DNA of 64,000 nucleotides from a virus: the IMG/VR virus record IMGVR_UViG_3300025704_002294, positions 1-64,000 of that record. The stretch is one strand, 5' to 3'. The first letter of the stretch is position 1, and each line of letters begins with the position of its first letter. A model generated the notes under the pieces. It did no database searches, was not told the DNA's origin, and saw only the letters and a program-made list of their open reading frames with translations. Positions 58,547-64,000 of the stretch are shown here, one piece after another. Position numbers and translations under genes: made by a program.

Positions 58547-58708
58547 ATGTCAAATAAAACACCATATGAAATCCGTCTAGAACTTATCCAAGAGGCTAGG
58601 CTTATTCTTCAAGCAAAAGCAAACAAGCCTGAGTACATGCCAACGGCAGAAGAAGTTATTGAAGAAGCAGAAAAACTTAATAAGTTTGTATCCAAAAGAC
58701 CCGAATAA
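58547..58708 (+). CDS. Conserved small phage protein (not in ORF track)
   Basis: MSNKTPYEIRLELIQEAR...PTAEEVIEEAEKLNKFVS, a pattern common in T4-like phages. Confidence 0.7.
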   Translation: MSNKTPYEIRLELIQEARLILQAKANKPEYMPTAEEVIEEAEKLNKFVSKRPE

Positions 58709-58742
58709 TCACTCTCCTATCAAGTAAATAATATCTAGTAAC

Positions 58743-58818
58743 GCCACCGTAACTCAGTTGGTAGAGTAACTGATTTGTAATCAGTAGGTCGTCAGTTCGA
58801 GTCTGACCGGTGGCTCCA
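58743..58818 (+). tRNA. tRNA-Thr (anticodon UGU)
   Basis: Acceptor stem GCCACCG/CGGTGGC, anticodon arm ACTGA-TTTGTAA-TCAGT, GTTCGA T-loop and encoded CCA; 76 nt. Confidence 0.95.
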
Positions 58819-58859
58819 TTTATATAAATAAATGCGACTCACAAATAACAGGAACACAA

Positions 58860-59939
58860 ATGGCACGGAATAAAAAGTCCAGAAATAAAAAATACGATCC
58901 AGAAAAATCACAGAATACAATTAAAGGTTCTCAAGACGTTAAATCAGGTATATCTGAGGATCTTACACCTCAACAAATAGCAGAGCAAGAAACACTTTTT
59001 AATCTATTAGAAAGAAAGATTGAAATTCCTGTACAAAGTTTTGAAAATAAACATCTGTTTATTGCAACACCGTGTTACGGTGGTCAAGTAACAGAACCGT
59101 ATCTTAGAAGTATGGTTAGACTTATTTTGCTTATGAATAGATTCAATGTTAAATTTACAATGAGCACACTAGCAAATGAAAGTTTAATTACAAGAGGTAG
59201 AAATACCCTTGTTAGTTTCTTTATGGAAAATAAAGATGCAACACATCTAATGTTTATTGATGCTGATATTGAATTTAATCCTGAAGATGCACTTAGAATG
59301 TTAGCATACGATAAACCAATTATTGTTGGTGCATATCCTAAGAAAGCATTAAACTGGGATAGTATCTTACAAGCGGCTAGAACACCTGGATTAAATGAGA
59401 CCCCACAGACTATTGAAGGACATAGTTCTAATTATGTTACAAATTTTGCATTTGCAGAGGATGAAAACGGCAATAAAATACCTTCAGTACAAATTAAAGA
59501 TAACTTAATTAAACTCTTAGATGGCGGTACAGGATTTATGACAATTAAGAAAGAAGTTATACAAACTATGTTTGACAAGTATCCTGAAACAAAGTATAAC
59601 AATGATTTAAACATTGATCAAAAGTTTGAGCCATTTATGTATGCATTGTTTGATTGTATTATTGATCCAGAAAGCAGACGTTACTTGTCAGAAGATTATA
59701 CATTCTGCAGACGTTGGCAACAAATCGACGGAGATATTTGGCTAGATCCTAGAGTAAGCCTTAATCATGTTGGTCACTATACATTTAATGGTAATGTTAG
59801 AAAAATGCTTACAGGTGAAGCAAGAGTGCAACAACAATATGTATCACCTGACGATAGACCATTTGTTATTGGTGCATCAGATAAAGTTACAGAACAACCA
59901 CAACCACAAAAATCCATACAAATAAGTAAAAAGAAATGA
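58860..59939 (+). CDS. GT-A fold glycosyltransferase-like protein
   Basis: IATPCYGG, ESLITRGRN, FIDADI (DxD), GTGFM, LSEDY.FC and L.HVG. Confidence 0.75.
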   Translation: MARNKKSRNKKYDPEKSQNTIKGSQDVKSGISEDLTPQQIAEQETLFNLLERKIEIPVQSFENKHLFIATPCYGGQVTEPYLRSMVRLILLMNRFNVKFTMSTLANESLITRGRNTLVSFFMENKDATHLMFIDADIEFNPEDALRMLAYDKPIIVGAYPKKALNWDSILQAARTPGLNETPQTIEGHSSNYVTNFAFAEDENGNKIPSVQIKDNLIKLLDGGTGFMTIKKEVIQTMFDKYPETKYNNDLNIDQKFEPFMYALFDCIIDPESRRYLSEDYTFCRRWQQIDGDIWLDPRVSLNHVGHYTFNGNVRKMLTGEARVQQQYVSPDDRPFVIGASDKVTEQPQPQKSIQISKKK

Positions 59940-60754
59940 AAAAAATAAGTGTACTATTAGCAACAAGACAAAGAACAGAAATGCTTGATAAAAGCATTGA
60001 CAGTTTATTAAAAAATGTAAGCAATACAGATAATGTTGAAATTATGTTAGGTATTGACAATGATGATCACGAAACATTAGATTTTGTACAGTCAGATGAC
60101 TTTCAAAATAAAATGCAAGATGAATATAACGTTGATGTACAAGCAGTAGTATTTGATAGACTAGGTTATAAAAATTTACATCAATATATGAATCAACTTT
60201 GGGGTAAAGCAAATGGCGAATGGCTAATGCTGTGGAACGATGATGCTATTATGGAAAGCAAAGATTGGGATTTAGAAATAGGCAAATTTGATGAAGAATT
60301 TGCATTACTTAAATTTAATCAAACAAATCATGACCACCCATACGCATTGTTTCCTGTAATACCCACAGACTGGTGCAGACTTATTGGTACCTTTAGTATG
60401 AATTCACAAAACGATGCTTGGCTTAATTTAATTGCTAAACCATTAGGTATTATTAAAGATATTCCTGTAGATGTATTACATGATAGATTTGATCTTACTG
60501 GTAATAATGACGATGAAATATTTAGAAGCAGAGAATATGCTGAAGGAAATCCGCAAGATCCAAATGATTTAATGAGCGAAAATAATATCAGAATGAGAGA
60601 TGCAATTATACACAAGATTGCATGGTATTGTAACCGTATAGGGCAAACAGAAACTAGCGATTACTTCGATAAAGTAAAAGCAGGGGATTTAGATCCTTTT
60701 GAAGATTGGAAAAAAGTTAGGGAAAGTGCAGTAGGATTAGGCTCTGGTTTATAA
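59936..60754 (+). CDS. GT2-family glycosyltransferase
   Basis: ISVLLATRQR, IDNDD and WNDD. Confidence 0.75.
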   Translation: MKKISVLLATRQRTEMLDKSIDSLLKNVSNTDNVEIMLGIDNDDHETLDFVQSDDFQNKMQDEYNVDVQAVVFDRLGYKNLHQYMNQLWGKANGEWLMLWNDDAIMESKDWDLEIGKFDEEFALLKFNQTNHDHPYALFPVIPTDWCRLIGTFSMNSQNDAWLNLIAKPLGIIKDIPVDVLHDRFDLTGNNDDEIFRSREYAEGNPQDPNDLMSENNIRMRDAIIHKIAWYCNRIGQTETSDYFDKVKAGDLDPFEDWKKVRESAVGLGSGL

Positions 60755-60762
60755 ATAGTAGC

Positions 60763-60966
60763 ATGGCAAAGAAAGATAAAAGACGAACAATAGTATACCT
60801 AATACCGGAAGGCGAAACAAGGGATCACCACACATATCATTATACCGCAGTGAAAACAAAAGCACTGGTAATTGAAAATAGAAAATTAAAACTTAAAAAA
60901 TTTAATCCTGTTAAGCAAAAACACGAGTATTTTGTAGAAGCAAAACTACCACCACATAGCAAATAA
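60763..60966 (+). CDS. rpmG: 50S ribosomal protein bL33 homolog
   Basis: R..V.L...HYTA.K...KLKLKKFNPVKQKH..FVEAK matches the Zn-free bL33 pattern. Confidence 0.8.
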   Translation: MAKKDKRRTIVYLIPEGETRDHHTYHYTAVKTKALVIENRKLKLKKFNPVKQKHEYFVEAKLPPHSK

Positions 60967-60970
60967 ATAG

Positions 60971-60999
60971 TTGACATATACTATAAATAGTAGTATAAT
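60971..60999 (+). promoter_or_regulatory. Sigma70 promoter with nested TATAAATA
   Basis: TTGACA-17-TATAAT, with TATAAATA at 60982-60989 in the spacer. Confidence 0.65.
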
Positions 61000-61008
61000 A
61001 AGGGCACT

Positions 61009-61431
61009 ATGGAAGAAACAATAAAAATATTTGTATACGGCACACTGAAATCAGGCAATTCTACACGAGGATTAGATAGTCCTCAATTTGCAGACATTGA
61101 TAAAACAAAGTTAGGTATTGCTAAAACTACTGGAAGTAAATTCAACATGGTTGACTTAGGTGCATTCCCAGGAGTAATTGTAAACGGCGAGCATGATATA
61201 GTTGGCGAAGTTTGGGAAGGTGGCAAAGACTTCTTAGAACTATGCGATAGCATTGAAGGACACGAGGGCGATAAACTAAACAATTTCTATCACAGAGATT
61301 TAGTTGGTACCACAGAAGGCCCAGCATACATATATCATTTAGACCCTTGGTATTGGAGTGATTACGGAGACGATTACGAAAATGTTCCTAGTATCACATT
61401 GTCTAATAACACACTAACTTGGAACAGATAA
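61009..61431 (+). CDS. Gamma-glutamylcyclotransferase (AIG2-like)
   Basis: IFVYGTLK.G, FPG, GEVW, D.IEG and Y.R. Confidence 0.85.
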   Translation: MEETIKIFVYGTLKSGNSTRGLDSPQFADIDKTKLGIAKTTGSKFNMVDLGAFPGVIVNGEHDIVGEVWEGGKDFLELCDSIEGHEGDKLNNFYHRDLVGTTEGPAYIYHLDPWYWSDYGDDYENVPSITLSNNTLTWNR

Positions 61432-61976
61432 TGGAATACGCATCACAATGGAATACTACTCTAGTAGATCCTAAACACCCAGTATTAAGAAATGAATGCA
61501 CAATAGACCCGTTGACTACTGACATAGTGTGGCAAACAGTTGAGCAAGAAATGTTTAAACTCATGCATGAAAGACTAGGCCTAGGCCTTGCCGCACCGCA
61601 ACTTGGTAATCCTGTAAAAATGTTTGTAATGAGACACAGCACAGAAGGTGACATTGCTGTTTACAATCCTAAAATTATAAATGTGTCTGAAGAAAAAGTT
61701 ACATTAGAAGAAGGATGCTTAACATTTCCAGGATTGTTTTTTCATATAACTAGACCCGAAGGCGTACAAGTTACTTTTCAAAACAGAAAAGGCGAAGAGC
61801 AAAGCATGGAACTAATTGGAATGGATTCACGTTGCTTTCAGCATGAAACCGATCATTTACATGGTATACTTAATCTAACGTATGTGAGTGATCTCAAATT
61901 ACAACGTGCAATAAACAAAAGAGATAAACTCATTAAAAAATATTCCAAGATGAAAAGATCAGTTAGTCGTGTATGA
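61431..61976 (+). CDS. def: Peptide deformylase (start ATG 61431)
   Basis: GLGLAAPQ, EGCLT and QHETDHLHG; basic C-terminal helix. Confidence 0.93.
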   Translation: MEYASQWNTTLVDPKHPVLRNECTIDPLTTDIVWQTVEQEMFKLMHERLGLGLAAPQLGNPVKMFVMRHSTEGDIAVYNPKIINVSEEKVTLEEGCLTFPGLFFHITRPEGVQVTFQNRKGEEQSMELIGMDSRCFQHETDHLHGILNLTYVSDLKLQRAINKRDKLIKKYSKMKRSVSRV

Positions 61977-62554
61977 TTCCGAAATACATATATGACATTC
62001 CTAGTTTTATGTCTAAATCAGACTTAGAATCTATTTACGACTTAGCATATACATTACCAAGCAATAGCAATATATTAGAAATTGGCTGTTTTTTAGGCAG
62101 TACTACTTGTACATTAAAAGAAGCAAGACAAGATTCTAATTTATATTGCGTAGACAAATGGACAAATGAAGAACATAATGATTATTTAATAGGATATGAT
62201 AGGAAGACAATATATGAAAACATAGAGTCTGATAAAAATACATGGAGGCAAAATACAAAGCATTTAAAAAATGTTTTTATGTATCATGAAAAGTCGCTAG
62301 ATGTTGAATTTGATAAAGACTTAAAATTTGATTTGATATTTTTAGACGGTGACCACACATATGGTAATGTAATGGGGGAATTGATAAAATTTTCTAGTCT
62401 ATTAAAACCAAACGGTATATTAGCAGGTCATGATTACGGATGTGCACCATGCACAAACGCAATTACAAAATTTGCCACAGATAATAATTTAGCAGTATGG
62501 ACATTATTAGATAGTGTATGGTACTATAAACCTTATAGGACTAGGCAGAAATGA
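61973..62554 (+). CDS. Class I SAM-dependent methyltransferase (Methyltransf_24-like)
   Basis: LEIGCFLGS, VDKW, DLIFLDGDH.Y and LKPNG...GHDY. Confidence 0.85.
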   Translation: MIPKYIYDIPSFMSKSDLESIYDLAYTLPSNSNILEIGCFLGSTTCTLKEARQDSNLYCVDKWTNEEHNDYLIGYDRKTIYENIESDKNTWRQNTKHLKNVFMYHEKSLDVEFDKDLKFDLIFLDGDHTYGNVMGELIKFSSLLKPNGILAGHDYGCAPCTNAITKFATDNNLAVWTLLDSVWYYKPYRTRQK

Positions 62555-63396
62555 ATTATCCTTTTTGGGTCTTTGATTGGAATCGTGTAAGAGACTATCA
62601 AGAACAATACCCACTTTCAAAAGAAATATTTAAACACCCATTAAGTTTATGGTATGGTAATCGTAGTGCAAAACCTATTAAAGGTTTAGATAAAAGTTTA
62701 CGCAGATTATTTAAACGTAGTGGTGATAAAATGCCTATACTTGTAGTGTACAACATGCCTAACAGAGACATTGGGCAATACAGTAAAGGTGGTGCCCAAA
62801 CCCATGCTGAGTATCTAGAATTTATACAAGACTTTTCTAATGGCATAGGCAACAACAAACCAATTGTTGTATTTGAACCAGATGCTATTCCACATTTAAC
62901 ACACTTAGATAAAAGCGAAGCAGATAGTAGAATACAATTGATTAAAGAAGCATTAGAAATCTTAACACAAACAGGTGCATTTGTTTATATAGATGTTGGG
63001 CACAGTAACTGGTTAAGTCCCGAAGAAGTAAATCTTTATTTAAATAAAGTTTCCAATACTAAAGTAAGAGGCTTTAGTGTTAATGTAAGTAACTATAGAA
63101 CAACATTAGAGTCGGCAAAGTGGGCAAACAAAATATGCGAACTAAGACCGCATGATTATTATGTTATAGATACTAGCCGTAACGGCAATGGTCCACATGG
63201 TAACGATTGGTGTAATCCACCAGGTAGAGCATTAGGAGAGTCGCCTACATGCGATACAGGATTAGAAAAATGCGATGCTTATCTGTGGATTAAAATACCC
63301 GGTGAAAGCGACGGTAAATGCAATGGCGGACCAAGAGCAGGAAGAATGTGGGGCGAAATGGCCGAGGAACTAGTAAGGAATACAACATGGATTTAA
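62551..63396 (+). CDS. Glycoside hydrolase family 6 (cellulase/endoglucanase-like)
   Basis: VVYN.PNRD, EPDA, YID.GHSNW, NVSNY, IDTSRNG, WCNPPGRALG and WIKIPGESDG. Confidence 0.9.
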   Translation: MNYPFWVFDWNRVRDYQEQYPLSKEIFKHPLSLWYGNRSAKPIKGLDKSLRRLFKRSGDKMPILVVYNMPNRDIGQYSKGGAQTHAEYLEFIQDFSNGIGNNKPIVVFEPDAIPHLTHLDKSEADSRIQLIKEALEILTQTGAFVYIDVGHSNWLSPEEVNLYLNKVSNTKVRGFSVNVSNYRTTLESAKWANKICELRPHDYYVIDTSRNGNGPHGNDWCNPPGRALGESPTCDTGLEKCDAYLWIKIPGESDGKCNGGPRAGRMWGEMAEELVRNTTWI

Positions 63397-63965
63397 ACTT
63401 TTTTATAATGGATAACTTTTATACTAACCCTGACCAAGTTCGAGAATTTGCACTTAGTAGAGAATTTATTACAGAAGGCAATTACCCTGGATACAGGACT
63501 GGCCCAGAAGAAACACAACAACATAACTATTTAAAAACATTTTTTGAAGAAAGTATAATTAAAAAACCAATTTCGTATTGGCCGGAAGAATATAATACTG
63601 CATATCAAATTACCACACAAGAATCTAAAACATGGATTCACCACGACGAAACTACATGGGCGGCAGTATTATACTTAACACCAGACGCACCTGCAGAATC
63701 AGGTACTGGTATTTATAGACACAAACCAACAGGCATATACGAATGGGACGGTGTTAAAGATTCTGCATCTGATTTTAATAATTCTGATTTTCTAGGTGAG
63801 GAACATATGGACCAATGGGAACAGATTGCATTTGTTGGTAATGTGTATAATAGGCTAGTATGTTACAAAGGAAGCCTATACCATAGAAGTGTATTACCTG
63901 GATTTGGAACAGATAAATATTCAGGTAGATTGTTTCAAACATTCTTTTTTAGTACACAGGAATAG
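63387..63965 (+). CDS. 2OG-Fe(II) oxygenase-like protein (DUF6445-like; start ATG 63387)
   Basis: DNFY.NPD.VR, WIHHD, AAVLYLTP, YNRL..Y....H and RLFQTFF. Confidence 0.75.
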   Translation: MDLNFFIMDNFYTNPDQVREFALSREFITEGNYPGYRTGPEETQQHNYLKTFFEESIIKKPISYWPEEYNTAYQITTQESKTWIHHDETTWAAVLYLTPDAPAESGTGIYRHKPTGIYEWDGVKDSASDFNNSDFLGEEHMDQWEQIAFVGNVYNRLVCYKGSLYHRSVLPGFGTDKYSGRLFQTFFFSTQE

Positions 63966-63966
63966 T

Positions 63967-64000
63967 ATGGATAGTTATTGGCAATGGAATAAAGAAAACT
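63967..64000 (+). CDS. Start of next ORF (3' truncated)
   Basis: ATG 1 nt after the previous stop; open to the window end (MDSYWQWNKEN). Confidence 0.4.
   Translation, partial: MDSYWQWNKEN

Noticed and set aside
22-62858. Numerous minus-strand and alternate-frame ORFs in the track (e.g. 4150..4806, 19044..19622, 23083..23730, 32389..32886, 45106..45612)
   Set aside because: They lie wholly over well-supported + strand genes and have no motifs or start signals, so they are shadow ORFs.
1-64000. Alternative genetic code (stop reassignment) or CRISPR array
   Set aside because: Genes are full length in code 11 and end in TAA, TAG and TGA; no regularly spaced repeats were seen.

Overview
This is a 64 kb, AT-rich, gene-dense segment of a large lytic dsDNA bacteriophage with T4-like core genes, most likely a jumbo myovirus. 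Nearly all genes are on the + strand and read in the standard code. A marine proteobacterial host is suggested (inference) by the TonB receptor, bL33 and small membrane proteins. Core genes: gp4-like nuclease, terminase, gp32 SSB, UvsX/UvsY/UvsW, primase, DnaB helicase, class Ia RNR (nrdA/nrdB), a PAAR protein and tRNA-Thr. Host-like genes: metK, apt, def, rpmG, a TonB-dependent receptor, Cu/Zn SOD, a GH6 glucanase, glycosyltransferases, a radical SAM enzyme and an S8 protease. Most notable: (1) about 11 proteins share an N-terminal M-[KR]-hydrophobic-x-[ED]...[LIV]xE leader resembling the T4 capsid-targeting sequence. Several are modular polyproteins (amidoligase + nuclease; SOD + ParB; RNA-ligase-like), suggesting a head-packaged, protease-processed cargo system. 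(2) A late-promoter-like TAAATA lies 5-6 nt before 13 start codons, implying leaderless late mRNAs; one copy sits inside the 2354-aa ORF. (3) A 192-aa minimal DnaE-type polymerase keeps all three catalytic Asp. All calls come from motif recognition by eye; no database searches were run.
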